Shown here: in pieces, positions 10,527 to 21,900 of the stretch
Position numbering within the stretch: position 1 is the stretch's first letter
Layout of the letters: each line of letters opens with the position of its first letter
Source of the DNA: Candidatus Helarchaeota archaeon
GTDB lineage: Archaea; Asgardarchaeota; Lokiarchaeia; Helarchaeales; RDOG01
NCBI GenBank assembly: GCA_019058315.1
Contig: JAHPZH010000005.1
Coordinates: 128,001-192,000 of the forward strand
Length of the DNA stretch: 64,000 nucleotides
Direction of reading: 5' to 3'
The notes under the pieces: model-generated
Databases searched by the model: none
The model's input: the letters and a program-made list of their open reading frames with translations, nothing else
What the model was told of the DNA's origin: nothing
Position numbers and translations under genes: made by a program

Positions 10527-11657
10527 ATGGAAAAATATTTAGAATTATTATCTGAAAAAACACCTTTTGATTCCTTCGTTTCCAAGAGGTATAAGCGAGA
10601 ACAATTTGATATTCCAGATATAAGAAATTCTATAGATAAAGAAATTATGAACATAATCAAAAATCTGAAAAATCAACAGGAAAATCATATATTTGCAATA
10701 ATAGGTGATGTGGGATCAGGAAAAACTCATTTTTTTTGGGTTCTAAATAATTTGTTTAATATTAAATCACCAGATTTTTTTATTACATACATTTCACCTC
10801 AAGATACTAAGATTGATGACGTTTATTTTAATCTATGTTCAAATATTTTAGCAGATCTGGGAGAAAAATCTCTCAAATTGATTGCATCAAATATAATTAA
10901 TATCGGTGGTGGAAAGACTATAAATTTAGATTTACTTGGGCTCATTAAAATTAAAAAATCACCAAGAATTATAATAAAACAAATTTTTCAAAAACTAGAT
11001 CCCGAAATTTCAGAGTTTGAAAGAAGTTTAATCAAAGTTTTCATCTATTTAGGGGCAGGAACTACATTCGAGCGAGAAATAGCATTAAAATGGTTAAAAA
11101 AAGAATCACTAACCGCAAAAGAACTTAAAAAATTAGACATTAAATCAAATGATTTTACAGAAAAGGAATACCAGGAAATTTTCAAATTTATCTCAACTTA
11201 TATTGGAAAACCTTTAGTAATTTTTTTTGATGATATTGAATATTTTCAATTGTTAGATAAAGAGAGAGAATTCGCAGAATTAATTAATACTATATACATG
11301 TATCTAAATTCAGTTTTAATAATTTTAACATCTTTATCAAGTAGTTGGAGTTATTTTAAAAATTTAATTGAGACCGTATTGAAGAAAGAATTTAAAAATA
11401 CTAAGAGTTTGAACAATTTTACAGAAAATAATGTCCTAAATTTTTATAAGAAATCAATGGAGGAATTCTGGAAAAAAAATAAACTCAAACCACCACAAGA
11501 TCCTTTATTTCCCTTAAATAATAAAATTTTAAAAATAATCCATCTTAAATCCAACGGTAATCCACGTTTAGTAAAAAAAATGCTAAAAGAATCCATTGAA
11601 CAGGAATTATTTGAAATTCAAGTGGAAAATTTATGGGAATTAAAGGAAATGATTTAG
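10527..11657 (+). CDS. P-loop AAA+/STAND-type ATPase (BrxD/DUF2791-like features)
   Basis: Walker A GDVGSGKT, Walker B VIFFDDIE, sensor-2-like SNGNPR; the ALKWLKKESLT..ELKKLDI helix pattern resembles BrxD-like ATPases. Confidence 0.8.
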   Translation: MEKYLELLSEKTPFDSFVSKRYKREQFDIPDIRNSIDKEIMNIIKNLKNQQENHIFAIIGDVGSGKTHFFWVLNNLFNIKSPDFFITYISPQDTKIDDVYFNLCSNILADLGEKSLKLIASNIINIGGGKTINLDLLGLIKIKKSPRIIIKQIFQKLDPEISEFERSLIKVFIYLGAGTTFEREIALKWLKKESLTAKELKKLDIKSNDFTEKEYQEIFKFISTYIGKPLVIFFDDIEYFQLLDKEREFAELINTIYMYLNSVLIILTSLSSSWSYFKNLIETVLKKEFKNTKSLNNFTENNVLNFYKKSMEEFWKKNKLKPPQDPLFPLNNKILKIIHLKSNGNPRLVKKMLKESIEQELFEIQVENLWELKEMI

Positions 11658-11802
11658 AAATATCTTTTTTTTTTAATTCAAAGTAATCTTTTCTTTATTA
11701 AAGCATTAATTATGGTCTAATTTTTATCATATTTTTTTAAATATTCAAAATAATCAATAAATTATATGGATTCAAGATAGATAAAGAAAAGAGTGGGGCA
11801 TT

Positions 11803-13002
11803 TTGCTTCAAAAAAAATGTTTAGAAGATGTTATAGTATTAGACACATCACAATTTCTTTCTGGTCCTTACGCATCAAGTTTACTAGCGGATTTAGGGGC
11901 GGAAATCTGGAAAATTGAACCTCCAATTGGGGAAATAATGCGGCTTTATACATTATTCAAACCCTCAATTGCACCAATGATGAATTTACTCAATAGAAAT
12001 AAAAAATCTATTACACTAAATATGAGAAGTAAAGAAGGTAAAGAAATTTTTAAAGAATTAATAAAAAAAGTGGATATTCTTTTAGAAAACAATGTTCCAG
12101 GTTATATGGATAAATTAGGTCTAGGTTACGAAGTGTTAAGAGATGTAAATCCTGGTCTGGTTTATTGTGCAATTAGTGGATTTGGTCAAACTGGTCCATT
12201 AAGAGAACGCCATGCATTTGATATGATAGCCCAAGCTACTGGTGGTATCATGAGTGTATTGGAAAGAGAAGATCGAGCACCTTCAGTATTTATTGCAGAT
12301 CTTGGTGCAGGTGTACATGCCGCATATGGCATACTTGCTGCATTACATTATCGAGATAAAACGGGGATAGGACAATTCGTAGATATTTCAATGCAGGATA
12401 TCATGTACGCATTTAACTTTAGAGCTGTAATACGTGGTGCATTACCAGAAGATTCTTTGCAAAGAGAAGACCAAGAACGTATAACGGTCCCAATATATCA
12501 GAGTTTTAAATGTAAGGATGGATATGTGGCAATCGTGGCTATTACGGATCGGCAGTGGAAGCGTGTAGTTCTCGCAATGGATAGAAAAGAATTACTCCGA
12601 GTCCGTAAATATAGAAATGTAATAAAAAGAATAGAATTTGTCGATGAAATTTATGAAATTGTAGAGTCTTGGACAAAAGATAAAACAGTTGTTGAAGTAA
12701 TCGAAATAATGGAAAATGCAAAAATTCCATGTGGACCCATAGTTCCTTATAAGGAAGTCTCAAATCATCCACAGATACTTGCCAGAGAAATGGTTAGAGA
12801 ATATATTGTGGATGATCCAGAAAAGAAAGGCGAGAAACGAAAGATTACAATACCAGGAATTCTCATAAAATTGTCTGAAACTCCAGGCGATATCTGGACA
12901 CTAGCACCAGGCCTTGGTGAACATAATAAAGAAATTTATGAAGGTATTATGGGATATAATAAAGAAAAACTTATCCATTTTAAGAAAAAGGGTATAATTT
13001 AA
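11803..13002 (+). CDS. CoA-transferase family III (CaiB/BaiF)
   Basis: LSGPYASSLLADLGAEIWKIEPP, LNRNKKSITLN, ISGFGQTGP, IADLGAG (catalytic Asp), GQFVDISM, APGLGEHN. Confidence 0.95.
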   Translation: MLQKKCLEDVIVLDTSQFLSGPYASSLLADLGAEIWKIEPPIGEIMRLYTLFKPSIAPMMNLLNRNKKSITLNMRSKEGKEIFKELIKKVDILLENNVPGYMDKLGLGYEVLRDVNPGLVYCAISGFGQTGPLRERHAFDMIAQATGGIMSVLEREDRAPSVFIADLGAGVHAAYGILAALHYRDKTGIGQFVDISMQDIMYAFNFRAVIRGALPEDSLQREDQERITVPIYQSFKCKDGYVAIVAITDRQWKRVVLAMDRKELLRVRKYRNVIKRIEFVDEIYEIVESWTKDKTVVEVIEIMENAKIPCGPIVPYKEVSNHPQILAREMVREYIVDDPEKKGEKRKITIPGILIKLSETPGDIWTLAPGLGEHNKEIYEGIMGYNKEKLIHFKKKGII

Positions 13003-13011
13003 TTTAAAATC

Positions 13012-13371
13012 TTATTCCTTCAAATTTTCTTCTTTAAATTTATCTGGTTGAGGTTTAGGATTCATAAAAAAATAAGCGAGATCATCTTGAGAATAACATT
13101 CATCCCCTTCTTTATATAACCATAACTTTTTCTTTTGTTCATCTGACAGTGTAATTTGTTGGCAACTTCCACCCCCTATCAAAATGCCTCGAAAAACATC
13201 TAATGCTTCTTGCGATTCACCTTCTATTCTCATCTCCAAATAAATTCCATCAGCTATTGATTTATACAATGCCAATAACCATTCTCTATCCTCTAAATCC
13301 CAAAGAGCTGGCTTTGGTATATATTTTTCTTTAGGATACTCCCAATCAATCGAGCTAAGAAGTACTTTCAA
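13012..13371 (-). CDS. Small hypothetical protein (has a decayed paralog at 16941-17219)
   Basis: 119-aa ORF with TTG start; the collinear degenerate copy nearby supports it being a real gene. Confidence 0.8.
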   Translation of the reverse strand: MKVLLSSIDWEYPKEKYIPKPALWDLEDREWLLALYKSIADGIYLEMRIEGESQEALDVFRGILIGGGSCQQITLSDEQKKKLWLYKEGDECYSQDDLAYFFMNPKPQPDKFKEENLKE

Positions 13372-13500
13372 TATTTCAACACTCCGAATTATCTATCTCT
13401 TGGGAATTGAACGAAATATATAAATGATATGATTAATAAAATTTTTAAGTTAGGAAATTAAATAGATTAAAAAAATGAGATTTTTTTAGAAGAAATATTT

Positions 13501-16500
13501 TTATAATATTTCTTTTTTAGTATTTTCTTTAAAATTTGTTTTAGAAACCGATTTATTTCCGAATTTTTGATTTAATTCTTTAATTATTTTATTAATTTTC
13601 TCAATAGTTCTATTATTTTTAATCAGAATTGTAGCAATTATAGAAAATGCTGATATAATGCCAATGATGATTCCTAAACCAGGTAATGACAAAAATAAAT
13701 TTAAAATATCACCGTCTCCTGATGTTAAAATTAAATTAGGAAAACTAGGCTCATCAGGTGTTGGCTGAGTTGTTGTTATAGTTACAATAACTGTATCCGA
13801 ACAAAATTGATTAATGCTATCATTATATTCAATAGTATAATTGAATATCCCAGTTACACTTCGATAAATAGGAACATTTATGTAAGTATTATTATACCAA
13901 TTAGTCCAATCTATCCATACTACACCATTTAACCAAACTCGGTATTGTGGCAGACCAAATCCTAAACCCCAATCATCATATAGTATCCAACCAATTGTTT
14001 CTGAACCATCTAGAGAAGTTATAATATCATTAGGTTGATTTGAAGTAGGTTGATAATCTACTATAGTAATTATTACTGTATTTGATAATCCAAATATATT
14101 GAACATATCATTATATTCTATAGTATAATTGTAAACTCCTAGAGCAGTGCGGTTAATAGCTATATTGAGAGGAGTATTGTTGTCCCATGAGGTCCAGTTT
14201 ATTAAGATATAATATTGATCATTTGTATCATTTACCCATACACGATATTGACCCGGACCAGAATCATCATATAGTATCCAATTAATGGTCTCTAATCCAG
14301 TTATAGAAGTTGTAATTGGTATTGGATTGTTAGAAGTAGGTGGATTATCTGTAATTGTAACTATTACTGTATCTGGTATGCCAAATATATCGAATATATC
14401 ATTATATTCTATAGTATAGTTGTAAACTCCTAAAGCAGTGCGGTTAATAGCTATATTAAGCGGAGTATTATTGTTCCATGATGTCCAGTTTATTAAAATA
14501 TAATAATTGTCATTTGTATCATTTACCCATACACGATATTGCCCTGGACCACAATCGTCGTATAGTGTCCAATTAATGGTCTCTAATCCGGTTACAGAAG
14601 TTATAATTGGTGCTGGATTGTTAGAGGTAGGTGGATTATCTATAATTGTAACTATTACAGTATCTGGTATGCCAGAAATACTGAATGTATTATTAAATTC
14701 AATAGTATAGTTGTAAACCCCGGGAACAGTGCGGTTAATAGCTATATTAAGCGGAGTATTATTGTCCCATGATGTCCAGTTTACTGAAATATAATAATTG
14801 TCATTTGTATCATTTACCCATACACGATATTGCCCTGGACCACAATCGTCGTATAGTGTCCAATTAATGGTCTCTAATCCGGTTACAGAAGTTATAATTG
14901 GTGCTGGATTGTTAGAGGTAGGTGGATTATCTATAATTGTAACTATTACAGTATCTGGTATGCCAGAAATACTGAATGTATTATTAAATTCAATAGTATA
15001 GTTGTAAACCCCGGGAACAGTGCGGTTAATAGCTATATTAAGCGGAGTATTATTGTCCCATGATGTCCAGTTTACTGAAATATAATAATTGTCATTTGTA
15101 TCATTTGCCCATACACGATATTGTCCTGGACCAGAATCATCATATAATATCCAATTAATTACTTCTGAACCTATACTTGTTGTGTTAATAATCCCAGGAT
15201 GGTTTGAATGAGGTCGTTTAGCAAGTATTACCCTTTGGGCATAAATATCATCACTGGTTCCGCTTCTAGAATCTCGCCATGAAACGATTGCACCATTTAA
15301 ACCATCGAAACAAATTTCTGGACTATCTTGATTATCGATTGCCGTGCAGATAATAGTTTCACTACCTAACCATTCCAAATCTCCGCTGGAATTTACTTTC
15401 TGAACATAAATATCAGTTTCAAGAAATCCTTTTCTATCATCAGACCATGTAATTATTGCGCTACCCGTTCCATCGCTGCAAATTTGAGGTTCCAATTGAT
15501 CATCACTTACCGTACAGATGGCAGTTCCATTATTTACCCATTCCAAACCTCCACTAGAATTTACTTTCTGTGCATATATATCCCAATCGCTACCTCTTTC
15601 ATCTTGCCATACGATAATTGCACCACTATTATTATCACTACAAATTTGAGGGGTAATTTGATTATTGACCTCCGTACAAATGTCAGTTCCATTAGCTACC
15701 CATTCAATACCTCCACTGGAATTAATTTTTTGTGCATATATATCATCATTACCATCTCTTCCATCTCGCCATGTGATAATGGCACCTCCAGAATCATCAC
15801 TACAAATTTGAAAATACCATTGGTCATTGATTTCCGTGCAGATGGCAACTCCGTTGTCTGCCCATTCCCTTTCTCCACTAGAATTAACTTTTTGTACATA
15901 GATATCAAGATCACTACCTCTATCATCTTCCCACACAATGATTGCACCTCCAGCACCATCACTGCAAATTCGATTATTCGACTCGGATCCACTTGCTAAA
16001 CAGATATTAATTCCATTATTTACCCACTCTATACCTCCAGTGGAGTTTATCTTCTGCGCATAAGTTTCGTAATCGCTCCTATAATCGTCCCACGTCACAA
16101 TTGCTCCCCCAGCGCCGTCGCTGCAAATTTGAGGATCCCATTGATTATTACTAGCTGTGCAAATGGCAGTTCCATTATCTGACCACTCCAAACCTCCGCT
16201 GGAATTTACTTTCTGTATATATATATCCCGATCAGTACCTCTTTGATCTTCCCATACTATAATTACACCGCCCACACCGTCACTGCAAATTCTAGGTCTA
16301 CGTTGTTCACCAGTTGCCGTGCAGATGAGAGTTCCATTATCTATCCATTCCGTATCTCCACTGGAATTTACTTTCTGAGCATAAATTTTCCTATCGCTAC
16401 CTCTTTCATCTACCCACACAATGATTGCACCGCCCGCACCGTCATTACAAATTTGAATATTATATTGATTCCAGATAGCAGTGCATACAGCAGTACCATT

Positions 16501-16674
16501 ATTATCTTTATTCCATATTAAAATAGGTGCGGCTTTAGTAGAAATCATTGTATTTCGGTATGAGTTATTCCAAAAAGGTAAAAAATTTATTGTGGACGAA
16601 ATATTAGTAAATAAGATAGTTGAAATTATAAAAACCAATCCAAATAATAAATTTAAACATTTATATTTTTTCAT
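13501..16674 (-). CDS. Membrane-anchored cell-surface glycoprotein: signal peptide, 8-repeat beta-propeller, five ~97-aa Ig-like repeats, C-terminal TM anchor
   Basis: Hydrophobic N-terminus; 8x NGxxICT..NQ..PQICSDGxGGAIxxWxDxR...DIYAQKVNSSG; 5x PxSNxP...ExIxWxLYDD.G..QYRVW...YNYTIE.N...DTVIVTI; many N-x-S/T sequons; TM plus basic tail at the C-terminus. Confidence 0.88.
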   Translation of the reverse strand: MKKYKCLNLLFGLVFIISTILFTNISSTINFLPFWNNSYRNTMISTKAAPILIWNKDNNGTAVCTAIWNQYNIQICNDGAGGAIIVWVDERGSDRKIYAQKVNSSGDTEWIDNGTLICTATGEQRRPRICSDGVGGVIIVWEDQRGTDRDIYIQKVNSSGGLEWSDNGTAICTASNNQWDPQICSDGAGGAIVTWDDYRSDYETYAQKINSTGGIEWVNNGINICLASGSESNNRICSDGAGGAIIVWEDDRGSDLDIYVQKVNSSGEREWADNGVAICTEINDQWYFQICSDDSGGAIITWRDGRDGNDDIYAQKINSSGGIEWVANGTDICTEVNNQITPQICSDNNSGAIIVWQDERGSDWDIYAQKVNSSGGLEWVNNGTAICTVSDDQLEPQICSDGTGSAIITWSDDRKGFLETDIYVQKVNSSGDLEWLGSETIICTAIDNQDSPEICFDGLNGAIVSWRDSRSGTSDDIYAQRVILAKRPHSNHPGIINTTSIGSEVINWILYDDSGPGQYRVWANDTNDNYYISVNWTSWDNNTPLNIAINRTVPGVYNYTIEFNNTFSISGIPDTVIVTIIDNPPTSNNPAPIITSVTGLETINWTLYDDCGPGQYRVWVNDTNDNYYISVNWTSWDNNTPLNIAINRTVPGVYNYTIEFNNTFSISGIPDTVIVTIIDNPPTSNNPAPIITSVTGLETINWTLYDDCGPGQYRVWVNDTNDNYYILINWTSWNNNTPLNIAINRTALGVYNYTIEYNDIFDIFGIPDTVIVTITDNPPTSNNPIPITTSITGLETINWILYDDSGPGQYRVWVNDTNDQYYILINWTSWDNNTPLNIAINRTALGVYNYTIEYNDMFNIFGLSNTVIITIVDYQPTSNQPNDIITSLDGSETIGWILYDDWGLGFGLPQYRVWLNGVVWIDWTNWYNNTYINVPIYRSVTGIFNYTIEYNDSINQFCSDTVIVTITTTQPTPDEPSFPNLILTSGDGDILNLFLSLPGLGIIIGIISAFSIIATILIKNNRTIEKINKIIKELNQKFGNKSVSKTNFKENTKKEIL
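14496..15106. repeat. Exact intragenic tandem duplication, period 291 bp (~2.1 units)
   Basis: 14496-14815 is identical to 14787-15106; the ORF track shows two identical antisense ORFs 291 bp apart; diverged units flank both sides. Confidence 0.92.
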
Positions 16675-16940
16675 TATTAATGCATTCCTTAAAAACTGAA
16701 ATTATCCCTTTAAATCAGGTAAATTCTATTATAAAGTAATTATAAATGGTTTCTATTGATTATTTGTTAAATTTACTTCAAATTTAAATAATTCCTTCTT
16801 TATTTTTAATGAAATAATTAAGTCAGAAAAACAATAATATAAATCAAATTAACGATCTTAAGTAAGTTGTATTTATTTATGTGGAAAAAGTGGAATTTAT
16901 TATCCTAAATCTAATAAATTTTTAATTAAAATATAGTCTA

Positions 16941-17219
16941 ATAGCAATTTTATCCTTCTTTATATAACTATGACTTGTAATTATGCTCATCAGACAATGA
17001 GAGTTAGCGACAACTTCCAACACCCATTAATATTCCTCGAAAAACATCTAAGGCTTTTTACAATTATCCTTCTATCCTCATTTCCAAGACAATTCTATCA
17101 GTGATCGCTTTATACAGTGCAAATACCAAATCTCTATTTTCTAAATCCCACATACTCAGCTTTGGTTCATATTTTTTAGCGGGCTACTTCCAATAAATCA
17201 TAATAATTAGCACTTTCAT
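16941..17219 (-). pseudogene. Degenerate copy of the 13012-13371 gene
   Basis: Translates MKVLIIMIYWK*PAKKYEPKLSMWDLENRDLVFALYKAITDRIVLEMRIEG*L*KALDVFRGILMGVGSCR*LSLSDEHNYKS*LYKEG*NCY. This is gaplessly collinear with MKVLLSSIDWEYPKEKYIPKPALWDLEDRE...LYKEGDECY and has six in-frame stops. Confidence 0.9.
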
Positions 17220-17268
17220 TATTTTAACACATAAAATTATCAATTTCTCAATAAATTCCCTGATAAAA

Positions 17269-18477
17269 TTAATTAGGACCAAAATGTTTTAAAATGACTA
17301 AATTTTCAGTCTTACTTAGATTTGTAAAATTCACACCAGCTTTAGCTTTTTCATGTGAAATGAAATATTCATCATTTGTAATTTCCCCATACCTTATTTG
17401 TGTTGGAGTCTCTAATGGCAATTTATCAATTGTGCCATATCCTTGAATTGCAATTAGTCCATAAGCTGCATTTTCTTTATTTACAATGCTTTGACCTGGA
17501 AATACTGTAAGTCTTTTACCAGAAAACTCCTCCATTCCATAAATTATATTATGTTCTTCATAACCAATAGCATGCATTTCCTCAATTTTTTTCACAGGTT
17601 TTGGAGCACAGAAATGGTGCTCTTTAAAATTTGGATCTAGATTTGCTTCCCAATCGATTAAATCAACAATATAATCTAAATTTTCTTGTTTATCTTGTGG
17701 AACATCTTTTATTACAAGATTCCACTCAATTGAATTACCTGTAACGAGGGATTGAAACATTGCAAAGACATCACTAGCTTTCTGTATTTCATAAGTCACT
17801 AATGTTCCGGGTGCATGTAGAATTCCTGGGGGGATTGACCATCCTGTCCCCGGCTGTAATGCATATGCTTTTGAAAAATTTAAAATGCCGTTGTCTCCCT
17901 GATTCCAATTCGCTAAACACTTTTTAATATCTTCCCGGGTCGTTCCAGGCACAAATCCAAAAAATGTATATGGGAAGTTATTATAAGTAAAATTCAATTG
18001 TTCAGGAAAATAATACGCCTCAGGCTTTCCAAGTCTCCCAACATCTTTAGCTTTAATATCATCTTGATGAAGATGGAATGGTATTGGATTCATATTATCA
18101 AAAAATTTAGTTAAAACCATCCATCCCTTGTGTTTTTCTATAATATGTTTTCCAAGAATTTGATCACCTATAAGATCAATTGCTTCTTTTAGAAGAATTC
18201 TATTTTTTGGGGATTTAGGATCAATAATTATGTAACTTAATCCCTCATCTTCTGGTGTCCCCGGTCCATTATCAGCAATTGTAGTTGATGCAAGCCACCT
18301 TTCGTCGATTCCTCCTCGGTTTTTTCCAAGAGCATAGATATCCGAATTTACCAATTTTAATCTTCTTCCTGGGTTAAGAAATGCTCGTGGAACCCAAGTT
18401 GGACTTAAATGTAGAATTCCATCATTAGCCTTGAGATATTCCTTAAGTATTTTTTGTTTCCGGTTCATTTTATTCAC
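17269..18477 (-). CDS. Mannose-6-phosphate isomerase-like cupin protein
   Basis: Metal-binding cupin motifs PFHLHQ, KPEAYYF, PGILHAPG, YEIQKASD. Confidence 0.75.
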   Translation of the reverse strand: MNKMNRKQKILKEYLKANDGILHLSPTWVPRAFLNPGRRLKLVNSDIYALGKNRGGIDERWLASTTIADNGPGTPEDEGLSYIIIDPKSPKNRILLKEAIDLIGDQILGKHIIEKHKGWMVLTKFFDNMNPIPFHLHQDDIKAKDVGRLGKPEAYYFPEQLNFTYNNFPYTFFGFVPGTTREDIKKCLANWNQGDNGILNFSKAYALQPGTGWSIPPGILHAPGTLVTYEIQKASDVFAMFQSLVTGNSIEWNLVIKDVPQDKQENLDYIVDLIDWEANLDPNFKEHHFCAPKPVKKIEEMHAIGYEEHNIIYGMEEFSGKRLTVFPGQSIVNKENAAYGLIAIQGYGTIDKLPLETPTQIRYGEITNDEYFISHEKAKAGVNFTNLSKTENLVILKHFGPN

Positions 18478-18591
18478 AATAACACGTTAAAATACTAATT
18501 ATTAAATTACTTAAGAAAAATTTTCTAAATAAAATTATCAAATTTTTTTAATATTTTACTCGACGATAATAAAGAATTATCCTTTAAATGT

Positions 18592-18876
18592 ATGGCGACA
18601 AACATAACATATAACTTTGGCCGAGATGAAAAATTGGAAACCGATGAAAAAAAATTTGGAACTTTTGAGTTATATGAGGAAAATATTGAATCAATTAAAG
18701 AAAACTGGACCATAAATGATAAATATTTTTCTCCCGAAGTTGGTATTTTAAGTATGTTAATGTTATTAAATGATATCTTTTTGCAGCCACATATTCAATC
18801 CCTCGTAAATCAATTTTTAACAAAAAAATATAAAGAAATAATTTTGCTTTGCTATATTTTTAAACCTCAAATATAA
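18592..18876 (+). CDS. Short hypothetical ORF or gene remnant
   Basis: 94 aa, no recognisable motif; the frame extends upstream without a start codon. Confidence 0.3.
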   Translation: MATNITYNFGRDEKLETDEKKFGTFELYEENIESIKENWTINDKYFSPEVGILSMLMLLNDIFLQPHIQSLVNQFLTKKYKEIILLCYIFKPQI

Positions 18877-18923
18877 TCGATTTTTTAAACTCCAGCGTCG
18901 GTTTCCAATTTTTCATCCAATTT

Positions 18924-21900
18924 TTAACTATTTTTATTATTTTCGAATCCGAATTTCCAATCTAATCGTTCCAAATATTCATTTAATGAGCTCACTGTAT
19001 ATCCTTTTCTTCTAATACTTTCTATTGCATCAACTAGAGCTATTGCTAATTGTAAATTCGTCAAAACAGGAATATTAAATTCTACAGCCATTCTTCTAAT
19101 ATCATATTCGTCGTTTATTACTTTAAGGTATTTTTCAACATTTTTAGTTGTAGGAATATTAATAATCATATCTAATTTGTTATTAGTAATATAATCCCTG
19201 ATATTTGGCTTTACTTCAGATTCTGAAAGTTTATGAAGGATTGTTACATCAATTTTATTCTTTTCAAGTACTTCAGCTGTATGATCAGTTGCAAAAATAT
19301 TGAAATTCAGTTTATGTAATTTTTGAACTAAGGGTAGGATTTGACGTTTTAATAATTCTCCTCCAACGGTAACTAATACGTTTCCTTTCTCTATTGGGAC
19401 TTCTAAATCGGTAGCAATCAGTCCTTTTAATAAAGCTTCATGAAATGTTTCACCATAACAAGCTGCCTCTCCAGTAGAAGCCATTTCAACTCCAAGAACT
19501 GGATCAGCACCACTTAGCCTCATGAAGGAAAACATGGGAACTTTTATTCCATAAAAATCTATTCCAGATGAAGGTTTATTATGGAAACCGGTTACCTCAT
19601 ATAATTTTTGTCCCAGCATTACTGTGGCTGCAAGTGTCATTAAATTAACACCCTTCGATTTAGAAACAAATGGCATTGAGCGAGATGAGCGAAGATTACA
19701 CTCAATGACATATACTTCATCATCCTTAACGAGGTATTGAATGTTAAATGGTCCCTTTATTTTTAGAGCTTTTGCGATTTGTCCAGTTTTTTTCCTAATT
19801 CTATTGTTTATCGCTATCGGAATAGTATAAGGAGGTATGGACATAGTGGCATCTCCTGAATGGACACCGGCATTTTCTATATGTTCTATCACAGCCCCAA
19901 TAAACACATCTTCGCCATCACATACTCCATCTACGTCAACCTCCCGTGCATCTTCCATATACTTACTAATTACTACTGGAAATTCTTTAGAAATCATTGC
20001 TGCTAAATCCAAATATTCTTTAAGTTGACTCTTAGAATAAGCAACTCGCATTGCAGCACCAGATAGTACATAAGATGGACGAACTAAAATAGGATATCCA
20101 ACTTCATTGGCAAACTTAAAAGCATCATCTTTAGTTGTAAGCTGGCTCCATTTTGGTTGTTTAATGCCTAACTCATCTAATAATTTACTAAATTTAGAAC
20201 GGTCCTCTGCTCTGTCGATATCCCTTCCTTCAGTCCCAATAACTTCTACCCTTCCAGTTCTATAAATTTGTTGAGTTGAAGCTAACTTTGGTGCCAAATT
20301 ATTCGAAACTTGACCTCCAACAGAAACCACAACACCCCTAGGATATTCTTTTTCATAAATATCTAAAACTCTTTCAAAATTAATTTCCTCAAAATATAAT
20401 TTGTCACTCATATCATAATCAGTTGACACGGTTTCAGGATTATAATTTATTATAATAACTTCTTTCATTCCTAAATCCCTAAAAGCCCAAGCAATATTTA
20501 CTGTTCCCCAATCGAATTCAACTGAGCTACCAATTCGGTAAGTACCACTTCCAAGTACTATAATCTTACTAAAATCTTGTTTATTAGTAAAAACTAAATC
20601 ATCTTCTTTGCCTCCATAAGTAGCATAAAGATAATTTGTTTGGGCAGGCCACTCGGCAGCTAAAGTATCTATTTGTTTTATAACGGGAGAACAATCTATT
20701 TTATTTCTTATCCTTCTAATAGTTATTTCATCAGTATTAAGACATATAGCAATTTGAACATCAGAAAAACCATATTTCTTTGCTTTCTGAATAGCCTTAT
20801 GTAATTCTTTAGGGGCTGAATGCAGACTAAGACTTTTCAACCATGCTTCAATATCAACAATATTTTTTATTTTGTAAAGGAACCATTTATCTATGCCAGT
20901 TAACTGAAAAATTTCATCAATACTCATTCCTGCTTTCATTGCATCTGGAATAATTAGAAATCTCTGGTCTGTCGGATTTATCAATATATCCTTTAATTCT
21001 TCTAATGAATAATCATAACCATCATTACATACCAGACCAATTTTACCAATTTCTAACATTCGGATTGCCTTTTGAAATGCCTCTTCGAAATTTCTACCAA
21101 TTGCCATAACTTCTCCGACACTCTTCATTTGCGTCCCTATCCGTCGACTGACTTTTCCAGTGAATTTCTGTAAATCCCACCGAGGTATTTTTACAACAAG
21201 ATAGTCCAATGCTGGCTCAAAACATGCTGTTGTAACATTTGTCACTCTGTTAATTAACTCTGGCAATGTATATCCTAAAGCTAATTTTGCAGCAATATAA
21301 GCTAGTGGATAACCTGTTGCTTTCGAAGCCAGAGCTGATGACCTTGATAATCTTGCATTAACTTCAATAGCTCGAAATTCAAATTCATCAGAAGGACCTG
21401 AATACATGCCATACTGAATATTGCATTCACCAACAATACCCAGTTCTCGTATAACCCTTATCGAGGCAGCCCGTAATTCGTGGTATTCTTTATTAGTAAG
21501 AGTTTGAGAAGGTGCAATAACAACACTTTCACCTGTATGAATCCCCATAGGGTCGAAATTTTCCATATTACATACCGTTATACAATTGTCTGCATAATCT
21601 CGGACTACTTCATACTCTATTTCTTGCCAGTACGGTCTTTCTAAATATTCTTCAATTAATACTTGATGAATCATGCTTTGAGCAAGACCCGTTCCTACAA
21701 TTTGTCTTAATTCATCCTCATCATGAGCAACTCCAGATCCTTTTCCTCCTAAAGTATACGCAACCCGTACCATAATTGGATATCCTATTTCGTCAGCAAT
21801 TTTTAAAGCTTCTTCCATGGAAGTAGCACTGCCACTCTTTGCTACTTCTACATTTGACTTTAACATGGCTTGTCTAAATAATTCCCTGTCTTCTGTTGCC

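Noticed and set aside
10527-11657. BREX defence system
   Set aside because: Only a BrxD-like ATPase resemblance; no pglZ, pglX, brxC or helicase nearby
14496-16500. Regularly spaced repeats that could suggest a CRISPR array or mobile-element ends
   Set aside because: They are in-frame coding repeats (291-bp Ig-like and ~160-bp propeller units) with no unique spacers and no cas genes
16941-17219. In-frame stops as possible stop-codon recoding
   Set aside because: Mixed TAA/TAG replacing different residues (Y, E, Q, Q, W, D); this is decay, unlike the single UGA + SECIS case at 58258
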